Part shown: positions 43,101 to 59,299 of the stretch, one piece after another
Layout of the letters: each line of letters starts with the position of its first letter
Position numbering within the stretch: position 1 is the stretch's first letter
NCBI RefSeq assembly: GCF_009914755.1
Contig: NC_060947.1
Source: the human T2T-CHM13v2.0 reference genome, Homo sapiens
DNA: 64,000 nucleotides
Direction: 5' to 3' (one strand)
Translations under genes and position numbers: made by a program
The notes under the pieces: generated by a model
Seen by the model: only the letters and a program-made list of their open reading frames with translations
Told to the model about the DNA's origin: nothing
Databases searched by the model: none

Positions 43101-45048
43101 TAATATTAACCATTTTCTCAGACCACAAGGAAATAAAAGTAGAAATCAATAACAAGAGGAATATTGGAAGCTACACAAATACATGAAAATTAAACAATTT
43201 GCTCCTGAATGACCACTGTGTCAATGAAGATATTAAGAAGAAAATTGAAAAAGTTCTTGAAACAAATGATAATGGAAACACAGCATGACAGAAACCTACG
43301 AGACAGAACAAAAACAGTACTAAGAGGGAAGTTCACAGCTGTTAAGTGCCTACATCAGAAAAGAAGAAAAGCTTCAAATAAACAATCTAATAATGTGTCT
43401 TAAATTAATAGGAAATCGAGAATTTACCAATTCCAAATTAGTAGAAGAAAAGAAATAATAAATATCACAGTAGAAATAAATGAATTTAAAATGAAGAAAA
43501 CAATACAAAAAAATTAATAAAACAAAATGTTGGTTTTTTAAAAAAGTTAAACAATATCGACAAACCTCTATCCAGACTAAGAAAAAAAAGAGAATATCCA
43601 AATAAATAAAAGCATAGATGAAAAAGGAGGCATTACAACTGATACTGCAGAAATTCAAAGGATCACTAGTGGCTGCTATGAGCAGCTATATGCCAATAAA
43701 TTTTAAAATCTAGAAAAAATGAACAAATTCCTAGACACGTAAAATCTAAGATTGAACAAGAAAGAAATTCCACTATGAGGTCATTATTACCCTGAGACCA
43801 AAACCAGCCAAATACACATAAAAAAACACACACAAAACAACAAGCCAATATCTCTGATGAATATTGATGCAAAAATTCTCAATAAAATACAAGCAATCCA
43901 AATTCAGCAATACATTAAAAAGACTCTTAAAAAGACTATTCATCATGACCAACTGAGATTAATTTCTGGTATGCAAGGATGGTTAAACATGAGCAAATCA
44001 ATAAATGTTATAAATCACATCAACAGAATGAAGCACAAAAACCATATGATTATTTCAATTGATGCTAAAAAAGCATATGATAAAATTTAACATTTGTTTA
44101 TAATAAAAATTTCTAAAAAAAAAAAACTGGGCATAGAAGGAACATACATCAACATAATAAAAAACATATATGACAGACCAACAGCTGGTATCATACTGAA
44201 TGGGGAAAATCTAAAAGCTCTTTCTCTAAGATCTGAAACATGTCAAGGATGACCACTTTCACCACTGTTATTCAAAATAGTACTGGCAATCATACCTAGA
44301 GCAATCAGACAAGAGAAAGATATAAGAAGCATCCTAATTGAAACAGAATAAGTTTTATTATCCTTGTTTATAGATGATATAATCTTATTTTAGGAAAAAT
44401 CTAAAGATTCCACAAGAAAACCATTTGAATTGATGAACAAATTCAGTACAGTTGCAGGATACAAAATCAGCATACAAAAATCAGTAGCATTTTTATATGC
44501 CAACAGTGAACAATCAGAAAAACAAATAAAAAATGTAATCCCATTTACAGTAGCCACATATAAAATTAAAAACCTAGGAACTAGCCAAAGAAGTGAAAGG
44601 TCTCTATAATGAAAACTATAAATTACTGATGAAAGAAATTAAATGTGACACCAAAAAACGGAAAGTTATTCTAATCATGGATTGGAATAATCAATATTGT
44701 TAAAATTTCCATACTACTCAAAGCAATCTGCCGATTCAATGCAATCCCTATCAAAATACCAATGACATTCTTCACAGAAATATTAAAAAAATCTAAAATT
44801 TTATTTGGAACCACAAATGGCCCTGAATAGTCAAAGATCTCACCAATAAAAAGAGAAAACCTCAAGTAATCACATTACCTGACTGCAAGTTATTCTTCAG
44901 AGCTATAGTAACCAAAACAGCAAAGTACTGGCATAAGAACAGACACATAGACCACTGGAACAGAATAGAGAATGCAGAAAATAATTCACACACCTACAGT
45001 GAACCTATTTTTGCCAAAGGTGCCAAGAACACACACTGGGGAAAAGAC
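40200..45048 (+). mobile_element. L1MA1-3/L1M1-like LINE with ORF1 deleted, 3' truncated
   Basis: 5' UTR colinear with 20-1830. Jumps to the EN domain at ~42725. ORF2 fragments 42782-43042 and 43857-44090. Confidence 0.88.
41349..42067 (-). mobile_element. ERV1 solo LTR (MER50-like)
   Basis: 719 bp, TG...CA ends, perfect 4-bp TSD CCAC. Antisense start TGAGAGAAGAG..AGGCAGATAGCTAGG. Confidence 0.8.
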
Positions 45049-47008
<1,960 letters not shown>

Positions 47009-47049
47009 ACCACAGTAGTTTCATAATTTAATGAAGGAAAAAATATTGA

Positions 47050-47377
<328 letters not shown>

Positions 47378-47781
47378 CAAATTACAGGGAATTCAATATA
47401 TTCTGATGAGCTATTATTTTCTCTGTGTTTAAAAATCAGTATTGGACTTTTCTTTTTTTTACTCCTATGTGTCTGGTCTTATGAATTTGAAAATAAAATT
47501 TTAGAAGCAAATTTTAATTTGTCACATATGATGCTACCAAATTATTTTTGTGTGCTTCACTCCATCTTTTTGTAAACAGAAAACTCCACTATCACAAATA
47601 AAGAATATCATTTAAAACAAAAATTTGCTCAATACATATTGGCCTCTTAATTGCCATGAAATAATATTCATCTGCATATCTAATCACTAAATTATTGATT
47701 TCTTAGAATGTAAGCCATTTTTAAACTAAAAATTTTATAAATTTTTTAAAAATCGTAATCCCAGCAGTAAAAAAAAAAATA

Positions 47782-48195
<414 letters not shown>

Positions 48196-48279
48196 TAAGT
48201 CATTTATCTCTCTTCTGCACTTTTTATAGAAATTTGACACATATGAGAAAACTGGAAATTGGATAATTCTCAAGAGTAT

Positions 48280-51200
48280 TTTTTTAACTTTTATTTTAAA
48301 TTCAGGGGTATATGTGCAGGTTTGCTACATAGGTAAACTTGTGTACAAGACGGTTTCTTGTACAGATTATTTAATCACCCAGGTATTAAGCCTAGTACCC
48401 ATTAGTCATTATTCTTGATTCTCACCCTCCTCTCACTATCCACCATTCAGTAGACCCCAGTGTGTGTTGTTCCCCTCTATGTGTCCATGTGTCCTCATCA
48501 TTTAGCTCTCACATATGTGAGTTCACGCAGTATTTGGTTTTCTGTTCCTCGGTTAGTTTGCTAAGAGTAATAGCCTCCAGCTCCATCCATGTCCCTGAAA
48601 AGGACATTATCTTGTTTTTCTCTGTGGCTGCACAATATTCCATGGTGTATATGTACCACATTGTCTTTATCCAGTTTATCATTAATGTGTATTTAGGTTT
48701 ATTCCATGTCTTTGCTATGATGGATAGCACTGCAATGAACATATGCATTCATGTGTCTTTATAATAGAACAATTTGTATTCCTTTGGGTATGTACCCAGT
48801 AATGAGATTGCTGGGTCAAATGGTATTTCTGTCTTTAGGTCTTTGAGGAATCACGACATTGTCTTCCACAAAGACACTCCCACCAACAGTGTATAAGCAT
48901 TCCTTTTTCTTCACAATCTTGCCAGCATCTTCCTTACAGATGCTGGATATTAAACCTTTGTCACGTGCATAGTTTGCAAAAATTTTCTCCCATGTTGTAG
49001 GTGTCTGTTGCCTGGTTTCTTTTGCTGTGCAGAAACTCTTTAGTTTAATTAGATCCCATTTGTCAATTTTTGCTTTTGTTGCAATTGCTTTTGACATCTT
49101 CATCATGAAATCTTTGCCCATGTCTATGTTCTGAATGGTATTGCCTAGTTTTTTTCTAGTGTTTTTTATATTTTTAGGTTTTACATTTAAGTCTTTAATT
49201 CATCTTGCATTGATTTTGTATATGGTGTAAGGAAGAGGTTCAGTATCAATTTTCTACATATAACTAGTCAGTTCTTCCAGTACCATTTATTACATAGGGA
49301 ATCCTTTCCTCATTGCTTGTTTTTGTCAGGTTTTCCAAAGATCAGATAGTTGCAGTGTGCAGTCTTATTTCCAGGTTCTCTATCCTGTTTCATTGGTCTA
49401 TGTCTGTTTTGTACCAGTATCATACTGTTTTGGTTACTGTAGCCTTGTAGTATAGTTTGAAGTCAGGTAGTGTGATTTCTCTAGGTTTGTTCTTTTTGCT
49501 TAGAATTGCTTGGATATTCAGGCTCTGTTTTGTTTCCATATGAATTTTAAAATAGTTTTTTTCTAGTTCTGTGAAGAATCTCATCGGAAGTTGAATATGG
49601 ATAGCACTGAATCTATAAATTGCTTTTGGCAGTATGGCTATTTTATTGATATTGATTTTTCTTATCCATGAACATGAAATATTGTTCTATTCGTTTGTGT
49701 CATCTCCTATTTCTTTGAGCAGTAGTTTGTAGTTCTCATTGTAGAGATTATTCACCTCCCTAATTAGCTGTATTCCTAGGTATTTTATTTTTTCTGTGGC
49801 AATTGTGAATGGGAGTTTATTCCTGATTTGGCTCAGCTTGACTGTTGTTGTTGTATAGGAATGCTAGTGACTTTTGCACATTAATTTTGTATCCTGAGAT
49901 TTTACTGAAGTTGTTTGTCAAATTAAGAAGCTTTGAGGCCCTTACTATGGGGTTTTCTAGATACAGGATTATGCCATCTGCAAACAGGGATAGTTTTACT
50001 TCCTCTATTCCTATTTGGATGCCCTTTATTTCTTTCCCCTGCCCGATTGCTCTAGCCAGGACCAACAATTTCTGTATGGCTAAAGTATTTTATGGGAGCA
50101 AGTCGAACCTAGATGGATGGCTTTCCCTGGCTACACTCTACTACAGACACTCCTGCACCAAATCCTCTGGGCTCCACATCAGCTGGCTTGCTGCTCCACC
50201 GCTTTGCTTGTCTCCCAGAGTCTCCACCCCAGAAAGATGTAGGTCAGCAATCACTCAGTGCAATCAGCCCAAAATCGAGGGTCTGTGCTGTGGGCCCAAT
50301 CATGGGGTTCCTTGTCTGGTGATGAGCAGTCAGGGATGTGTAAGACCCATGGGAGACAGGATGATCTTCCATCCTTGGGTTGACTGTAGATTGTTGGGAG
50401 ATGTAGATAAGGCACTTAGGGTCTTTGCTGCTTTGTTAGTCTGAGGGAAACAAGGAGGGTTCCAATTCAGAGGCAGTGGCAGAGAGGTTTTCAGTTACCC
50501 TTGGAGGCTCTGTCCAGGGAGTTGTTGAGTTGCTAATGGCTGCATAGCTCTGGTGGGAGGTGACTTGAGGCCCAGATCTGGAGAACCTGTTCATTGAAAA
50601 GATATGGGAGCAAGCGCCCACATAACAGTCTGGCCACTTTTCTGTAGGTCTGCTGTGGTATGCTGGATGGAGACCCACTTCAGTCCCTAGTTGCCTCATA
50701 TTTTTCAGTGATCAGAAGTAAAGGCTGTAAAACAGCAAAGATGGCAACCTGTCCCTTTCCCTGGGAGCTCTGACCCAGAGAAGTACAGGCCTGTTGCCAG
50801 CCTGAAAACACCTGTAGGAGGCGGCTGAAGACCCAGGTTGGGAGGCTTCACCAAGTTAAGAGAAATGGGATTGGGGAACCATTAAAAAAAAGTAGTCTGG
50901 TCACATTTTCATAGAGCAGCTGTGCTGTTCTGGGGGTCTGCTTCAGCCCACAGTTACCTTGGACACTCCAAAGCCCAAAGTCTAGAACAGCTGATTTGTC
51001 CAAGCAGGAAAGATTCTAGCCCACTCTTCTACCTGGGAGCTCCATCCCAGGGAAGCCTGAAACCTCTGTTATCTAGAGAACACCAGTTGGGGAGCCGGAG
51101 ACCCCTGTCTGGAGTCTTCCCTGGTGATGAGGATTGTGATCGGAGACCTGCTTAAAAAAGCAGTCTGGCAACATTTTCATAGGGCGGCTATACTGTGCTA

Positions 51201-52566
51201 GGGCACTGTTTCCACCAACAGTCGGCTTGGGGTCTCCAAAGCCTGAAGGCTGGAATGGCTAAGATGGTGTTCCACCCCTCCCTTTAGGGAGCTCTGTCTC
51301 AGAGAGTTTTCAAATCTCTGTTGGCCAGTGATATGGTTAGACTTTGTGTCCCCACCGAAATCTCATATTGATATGTAATCCCCATAATCCTCATAATCCT
51401 CACATGCCAAGGGAGAGACCAAGTGGAGGCAGTTGAATCATGGGGCAGTTCCCCCATGCTGTTCTCATGATTGTGAGTTCCCACGAGATTTGATGGTTTT
51501 ATAAGGGGCTCTTACCTGCTTCACTCGGCACTTCTTCCTGCTGCCTTGCGAAGAAGGTGCCTTGCTTCCCCTTCTCCTTCTGCCATGATTGTAAGTTTCC
51601 TGAGGCCTTCCCAGCAATGCTGAACTGTGAGTCAATTAAACCTTTTTCCTTTATAAATTACCCAGTCTTGGCCAGTTCTTCATAGAAGTATGAAATCATA
51701 CTAATACAGACAGAGAACACTGGCGGAGGTAGCTGAAGGCCCTGGTTGGGAGGTCCTGCCCAGTGAGGAGGAATGGGATCAGGCACCAACTTATAGAATC
51801 AGTCTGGCCATGTTTTGGTAGAGCAGCTGTGCTGTGTTGGGGGATTCCTTTTGCCCCAGGTCAGCTTGGACTCATCAAAGCCCAAAGGCCATAACAGCTA
51901 AGTTGACCAAACAACAGAGATGGTGGCCTGTCATTCCTGCTGGGAGCTCCACCCCAGGAGGTGATCTGCTGCTACCAGTTGCTGGCTAGAATTCCAAACC
52001 AGTGGGTCTTATTCTGCGAGGTGCCGTGGAAATGTGGCCTGCAGACCATCACTGCATGCCCCCCTGGATTCAGCCTTTTTATCTAGGGGTATGTATGGGG
52101 GTCTAACCCCTCACTTTCCTGGAGTTGCAGCTACTTTTGCCAGGAGCCTGGAAAGCCAGAGTATGTAAAGTTCCTGAGTCACTGTGTGTGTTTGAGCAGC
52201 TGCTCTGCCAAGACTCCACGTAGCTCTGTGTGTCAGACTGAAGGCCCTGGTGGAGTGGGTTCACAAAGGGATATCCTCACCTGAGGGTTGTAAAGATCCA
52301 TGGAAGAGGTATAGGATCTCGTGGTAGCACATTCACTCACTGTTTCTCTGGTGAGGAAGCTTCTTCTAGGTCTGTGTCGCTCCCAGATTTGCCATTGTCC
52401 TGCCTTGCTTTTCTCCATTTTCTATGTGTCAAGTTGTTTCCTTTATTAGTTTCAATGTGAGTACCTGGATGTTTCAGCTGAAGGCGCTGTATTTACTCGC
52501 CCCTTCCATTTCTCTCCTTGAGAGCAATGCGCATTGGCTGCTTCTAGTCATCATGGCCACTCCCCC
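48280..52566 (-). mobile_element. L1PA13-like LINE with both ends but a large internal deletion
   Basis: 3' UTR and ORF2 C-terminus at 48280-50065 are joined to the 5' UTR at 50066-52566. AGTATTTT occurs at both flanks. Confidence 0.8.
51329..51708 (+). mobile_element. THE1C/D solo LTR
   Basis: TGATATGGTT...CTAATACA, 380 bp, TSD GCCAG/GACAG. Confidence 0.92.
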
Positions 52567-53478
52567 ACCAAGTATTTTATTGTTGATAAATTTAGATTTT
52601 TTTTTTCAAAATAATCAGAGTAAAAATATTAAACCTCCTTCTTCTTTCTGAGAACACTTTATTCAGTAATATGATCCCATCATAACATCCATCCCAGGCT
52701 TGTCTTAAGCAAGATAATATTGAGATAAGTTCATTTAAGAAGCAATATTTTAATAATACAATTTTGAAATACTTCAGTATTCTTATTCAGAATAGTAATG
52801 ATAAACACAGTGTAATTATACCTGGTAAGGATGAAAATTGATTGCAAAAGCAAGGTGAATAGAGGAACAACAAGACTCATTTTGATTGGCAAAATATGTT
52901 GGTGTTTGCCACATTTTCTCATTTTTATTGTAGCATCACGTGATTAAAACTATTTTTATATAAATGAAGTCTTTAACTTTGGCATAGGAAATGTCTTTCT
53001 AACTATAACTCAAAATCTGGAAACATTAATAAAATATAGATGAATTAACTAAAAGGAAAGAAAATGCATGAGAGACATGCCATAAACAGAGTTTCCAGAC
53101 AACAGATAAACAGAGAGAATATTAGTAACATATAATACAAAAGGCTTTTATCGCTAATGAAGAACTCTTAAAATTTCAGGTATGAAGAACTAAAATTCTG
53201 ACAGAAAATTGAGAAAAAACATAGGCAGATAATTCACTCAAACATATAAAATATAGCTCTAAAACATGAAATAAAAATGTTCAAAGCCAATAGTAATTAG
53301 CAAAATACAATTAAAACAACTCTGAAAAAACATTTCTCACTTATCAGACTGGCAAAAGTTTAGAAGTATGAAAGCACATTCCATTGGCAAATTTGTAGGG
53401 AAATAGGCACTCTCTTGCATTCCTTGTGATAATGTAAATTGGTACATTTCTTCTTGGAAGAAAATCTAGCAAAACTAT

Positions 53479-53940
53479 TGTATTGGTTTTCTATTGGCTG
53501 TTGTAATAAATTACCTTCAATTTGTTTTAGAACAACAAAATATTACTTCCTGGAAATCAGACATCCAAATCAGTTTTATTGGACTAAAATCAAATTTTTA
53601 ACAGGGCTTGTTTCTTTTGCAGCCTTCAAAAGAAACTCTGTTTCCTTGCCATTTTCCTTGCTGAAAGTGACATGTGCATTCCTTTGCTTGTAGTTCCTTC
53701 CTCATACCGCTTTAACCTTCTGTTTCCATCATCTCATCTATTTCTGCTCACTCTGATCTTCTACCTCTCTCTGATAAGAACTTTGTAATTACATCAGGCC
53801 AACCTAGATAATTCAACATAATCTCATGGTCCTTAATGTAATCACATTTGCAAGGCTCCTTTTACATAGAAGGTAAGAATTAAATGTTCTGAGATTAGGA
53901 CATGAGTGTCTTTTAAGGGACTATTATTCAGCCAACCACA
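53479..53940 (-). mobile_element. MaLR LTR (MLT1C/D-like)
   Basis: TGTATT...ATTCAGCCAACCACA; TSD ACTAT/ACCAT. Confidence 0.8.
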
Positions 53941-54302
53941 ACCATACAGAGTATGAACTTAAACCTTTGAAACTGCAATCTCATTTCTAGAAATTTACTC
54001 TGAAGATAAACCTCCAACAATACAAAAAATATACATACACAAGGTTATTTATTGCCTCATTGTCTATGTTTCCAAAATAATGGAAACAACTTAAGTGTCC
54101 ATATGTAGAAGAATGGTTGAACAATGATACATTCTGAAATGCAGCCTTATGTAGCTAAAAAACTGAAGAAGCACGAACTCAATGAACTGACTTATAGTGC
54201 TTTCCAGAACATACTGTTATATGTAAATTTTTAACAAGCAAGATAAAAAGAGTATTTATAATATGAAGTATAATATGCAAAAGAGTATTTAAAATATGCA
54301 AT

Positions 54303-54726
54303 ATGGAATCAACCTAGATGCCCATCAGTGATAGACTGGATAAAGAAAATGTGGCACATATATACCATGGAATACTATGCAGTCATAAAAAAGAACCAGC
54401 TCATGTACTTCACAGGGACATGGATGGAGCTGGGGCACATTATCCTTAGCAAACTAACACAGGAATAGAAAACCAAATACTGCATGTTCTCACTTCTCCA
54501 TGGGAGCTAAATGATGAGAACACATGGACACATAGAGGAGAACAGGACACACAGGGGCCTTTTGGAGGGTGCAGGGTTGGACGAGGGAGAGGATCAGGAA
54601 AAATAACTAAAGGGTACTAGGCTTAATACCTGGGTGATGAAATAATCTGTACAACAAACCCCCATGACACAAGCTTACCTATGTAACAAACTTGCACTTG
54701 TACCCCTGAACTTAAAATAAGTTTTA
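54303..54726 (+). mobile_element. L1PA13-like 3' fragment
   Basis: 3' UTR; TSD AAAATATGCAAT at 54291-54302 and 54727-54738. Confidence 0.88.
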
Positions 54727-55181
54727 AAAATATGCAATTTATAAATTGTATATTATAAATTCATGAATCTTCTCATTTAAGCAACACAAATCTGGAAAGG
54801 ATAAATGAGAAACTAACAAGATTGATCATCTACACAAGGGTAGGTAAGAAGGGGGTAGAAATAAATGAATAATTGGAACCCAGTAGTAGAGATGAGAAAG
54901 GAGAGGGAATTTTCTCATTACATATTTTTATATGTCTTTTTACTCCTCAAATTATATTAACATGTCACATGCTCTAATGCAACAATTTAAAAATTAACCA
55001 GAATGTGGGAGAAATTAAAATGGAATGCAAACAACAACAAATGAATCTGATTGCATTTAAAAATAAGTAACATGAGTACACTGAAGAGAATGGAGAAAAA
55101 AATTAACCTGATTAAATTTGGAAAGCAATGTTTTTAAGTGATTACTGCAATGTTTTGAATTGAAAAAAAAACAAAAAAACA

Positions 55182-55481
55182 TACTGGGCACTGTGGCTCA
55201 CGCCTGTAATCCCAGCACTTGGGGAGGCTGAGACAGGAGAATTGCTTGAGCTCAGGAACATGAAACCAGCCAGACAACATAGTGAGACCTCATCTCTACT
55301 CAAATGAAATAAAATAAAATAAAAAGCCAGGCATGGAGGTGGGTGCCTGTAGTCCCAGCTACTTGGACAGGTGGGAGAATTCCTTTAGCCCAGGAGGTCA
55401 AGGCCGCAGTGAGCCATGATCACACCACTGTACTCCAGCCTGAGCGACAGAGCAAGACCCTGTGTCAAAAAGAAAACAAAA
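55182..55481 (+). mobile_element. AluJ
   Basis: Dimeric Alu with J diagnostics (CAACATAGTGAGACC, GTCAAGGC, GCAAGACCCTG). Confidence 0.92.
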
Positions 55482-56055
55482 CTCAATGAAAACTATACAT
55501 AAAATTATACAATATTGTTAGTAGATTTGTTTCTCATAGAGGTATGAGTTACCAATTTTACAAGTACTTTAGATTTATACTAAGATTGGACTAATAAGTA
55601 AATCCATTATCGATAATAAGAGCTGAGTTTCTATCTGATGAAAGAAGTTACAAATGAGAAAGAGGGAAAGTTAATATAAACCCAGTGTTGGATGTGTATT
55701 GGGTCAGAATCAGAGGTGTAAGTATAAACTAATTGCCTTTTTAACATGTATGTGGTTTGATAGATGCTGAAACAAAATGGAGATACATGTACATGTGGGT
55801 GGTTTAGCTCCATCACCTGAGAGAATGTAGAATTGATGTCAACCAAGCGGCAATGAGCCAATCTAGTGCTAAGATTGCTGGTTCTGAATAGCATCATTCA
55901 ATGCAAGGAACCAAGGCTCCTTAGAGAAGTGACTGAGTCTAGGACTGGGACAGAACAAATAAAAAATGGACTTGGAATATCTGGGTGGACAAGAAATTAA
56001 ATAATAGGGCTTGCTGAAAGGACACTGAGACAAAATGAAAGAAAGCCTAGTGGCC

Positions 56056-56545
56056 AAAGAAATCAGGGCAAGTCTGTAAAATGAAAGCAAGTTTATTAGG
56101 AAAGTAAAGGAATAAAAGAATGGGTACTCCATAGACAGAGCATCCCCGAGGGCTGCTGGTTGCCCATTTTTATGGTTATTTCTTGATTATATGCTAAACG
56201 AGGGGTGGATTATTCATTCCTCCCCCCTTTTAGACCATGTAGGGTAACTTCCTGTCATTTCTCTGGCATTTGTAAACTGTCATGGTGCTGGTGGAAGTGT
56301 AGCAGTGAGGATGACCAGAGGTCACTCTCGTGATCATCTTGGTTTTAGTGGGATTTGCCTAGCTTCTTTACTGCAATCTGTTTTATCAGCAAGGTCTTTA
56401 TGACCTGTATCTTGTGCCAACCTCCTATCTCATCCTGTGACTTAGAATTCCTTAACCATCTGGGAATGAAGTCCAGTAAGTCTCAGCCTTATTTTACCCA
56501 CCTCCTATTCAAGATGGTGTTGTTCTGGTTCACATGCCTCTGACA
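56056..56545 (-). mobile_element. MER41A-like ERV1 LTR, 3' end missing
   Basis: Antisense TGTCAGAGGC..GAACCAGA..CCATCTTGAATAGG..; GCATATAATCAAGAAATAACCATAAAAATGGGCAACCAGCAGCCCTCGGGG. Confidence 0.88.
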
Positions 56546-58580
56546 ACTACACTTTTACTGATGGGTGACCATGGCATAATAATTTAAGCACTCAAAAAAA
56601 ATTAGAGCTGTCAGAAGTTTGCATAAAATGGTATCTATGAAACAACAGTTGTTAGGTAATTCTAAAAAGGACAACATATATGAACATTTAAAGCAAAGAA
56701 GATAACTTTATTATGCATTTCCCTGGGTATTGGTTGAATCTTAGAAATTACAATTTATGAGTTTATAATACCACTGTGCTATTATATTAGTCACAGTAGA
56801 TAGGCTAAGAAAAGATGCTTTTACAAGATGTCAGATGACATTTGGCAGTGATTTTGCAGAACCTGTTGGATTTACTGGTGTCTGGAAAGCCTGCTTGCCT
56901 TTTAGTTGTTATTTAAAGAGTGGCCTTATATTAATGTCCCATCAAAGAATATTCTCTTCAAACTCCTTTAAAAACACCCAATTTCAGAGATTACTCAGTG
57001 AAATTCTTAAAACAAACTTTCATTTTAAAAAATCCTCTTTCTGTACAGTCATTGTTCTTCTGGTAGCTCTGATCTCCAGATCTCTAGTGCCAAAATATCC
57101 TCCATTTAAAACATGTTATCTGACTTATACTGTCAGATAAATTATTAAAACCCTTGGTACTGACTTTTAACCTCGGAGCCATCCATACTTCTTTAGTCAT
57201 TAAATGATTACCTCCAATCTTAACACCAAGCTGTGGCTGAATTCTCAAGTTAGACAAAAGACTGCTTGAGTTAGCCTTGATGGGCTCCCATGCTGGGAGA
57301 ATCTGGCTCACTTAGTGTTCTTCCATTAAATTCACAATTGAAGTGGAAATTGACAATAAGAAAAACAATAGTGACTGAGCAGCTACCACCTGCCCTACTC
57401 CAGAGAGTCAATTAGGCATTTTGGAAGAGGAATGACTTCTTTCAGGCCACTGAAGCAATAACTTACTAGTGGTACTCCAGTGACAAGGAAGAGTTCACAC
57501 AGCTTCCAAAAATGCCCAGAATTTTCCCTGGGAGTAGTTTACACACAATAAAAATCTAGCTCAATCAATGTAGGACAAATACTCCATTTATAAAATGTTA
57601 AGATACTTTGATTTTCTGGTAGATAATAAAATGGGCATATCTATTCCATATGGGTGAGTAATGGCTTCAAAGGCAACCACAATAGAAATATAATTATAAT
57701 ACTAATGTAGGCAGTGAGCCATAAACATGTTATAAACTGCATGCCTATATGAATTATAAACAGTATCATTAGGCTCAAGAAAGAAAGAAGCATCCTTTTC
57801 CAGAACTTACGAAAGAAGTTTTGAATATCTTTGCCATTACATTAAAACATTTAGTAAAAAAAGAAAATTAGGACACATTTTTTAAAATTAAATATTGTCC
57901 TAGGTATCACAAAGAATGATGCCTAATTTTATGCGATGATCTTCCTCTTAAGAAGCTTTTCTTTAATGCAGAATACAAAGAATACATAGTAAAATATTCA
58001 AAATGAAGATATGCACTGAACATAACATTGTACTTTCTATTCTTAATGGTCTAAAGTACACCATAGCTAAATATTCATATGAGTATTCTCCATGGATATT
58101 TTAACGGATTTAATAAGTTCTACTGAATTATCCCCTGGATAGATAAGGATTTAAACCATTGATCACTAGAAGGTTTACTTTCTCCTTGCTATAAACAGAC
58201 AAGTCTCATTAATTTTAAACAGAACTAATCACAATAAAGAGAGAGGGATGTATCACTAAAAGTTCAATCCCAACATGTGTTGGTAGTCAAAACATTCCTA
58301 GTTTATTTGTAATCTCAACCGAATGTTTTCCTCTGGCCAAGCATATTCTTTTCATATATATATATGAATACATCGTTTCTTGTATTCTCACTTTTACCTT
58401 TTTGCTTCATTTGGTTAATTTTGATGATAAAATTGCTGGAAATAGTGGAAATTTAAATTGGGAACCTGGATCATTGTTTGAATTTCACAACAGAAGTACA
58501 ATAACTAATATAATGCTAAGTCTGATTTAAAATTCTGATCCAGATATGTTGCAAAGTGAGTAATTTTAGTGTATGGACAC

Positions 58581-59215
58581 TGCATTAGCTTTTTATTGCT
58601 GCACAACAAATTGCCACAAATTTACTGGCTTAAACAATACAAAAGTATTATTTCGTAGTTTTGGAGGTAAGAAGTCTAACATGAATCTCTCTGGGCTAAA
58701 ATTAGATGATAGCAGGTCTTCCTTCCTTTCTGGTGGCTCTGGGGGAGAATGCATTCCTTGTACAATCAGATTTATCGTAGTATGGGCTTCCATAACAAAG
58801 TACTGTAGATAGGGTGGCTTAAAAACAATAAAAATGTATTTCTCACATTTCTGGAGGCTGGAAGACAGTGATCAACGTGCCAGCATGGTTTGGTTCCAGT
58901 AAGGACACTCTTCTGGGTTGACACACAAATTCATTCTATTCCAAGTTTCTTGGCAGAATTCAAATCCTTTCTGTTGTGGGACTGAGGTCCTCCTTTCCTT
59001 GCTGGCTGTTGGCTGAAGATGTTTCCAGCTTCTAGAGGCCATTTGTGTTCCTTAGCTCTTTATTCCCTTCCACCATATTCAAAGCAAACAATGATGGACA
59101 AGTCTTCTTACACTGTGAATCTCTCATCTTTCTGTCTTATCTCTCTGACCCTCTCTTTTGCCTTTTTAATTTTTTTTTGCTTTTAAGAGTTCATGTAATT
59201 ACACTGGACCTACCC
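58581..59215 (-). mobile_element. MLT1E-like MaLR LTR containing an MLT1A-like fragment (58772-58927)
   Basis: Two successive MaLR-type starts; host resumes with TTGGCAGAATTCA..GGGACTGAGGTCC. Confidence 0.7.
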
Positions 59216-59299
59216 TCCCACTGGACCCACCCTCCCACTAGACCCACTGGAACTCTGAAGATGTGATTAAGGTTATTGACTTTGAGATGGGGAGATGAT

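Larger units (their letters stand above)
52975..55985 (+). mobile_element. Ancient L1 (L1MC/MD-like) ORF2 end and long 3' UTR, with nested insertions
   Basis: Degenerate ORF2 C-terminus; AGGAACCAAGGCTCCTTAGAGAAGTGACTGA 3' UTR motif. Confidence 0.6.

Noticed and set aside
49845-50444. 199-aa ORF on the + strand
   Set aside because: Antisense to L1 ORF2 and 5' UTR across a deletion junction, non-ATG start; chance open frame
56056-56545. MER41 as an interferon-gamma/STAT1 enhancer
   Set aside because: This copy is the MER41A type and lacks the tandem GAS (TTCCGGGAA-like) segment of MER41B
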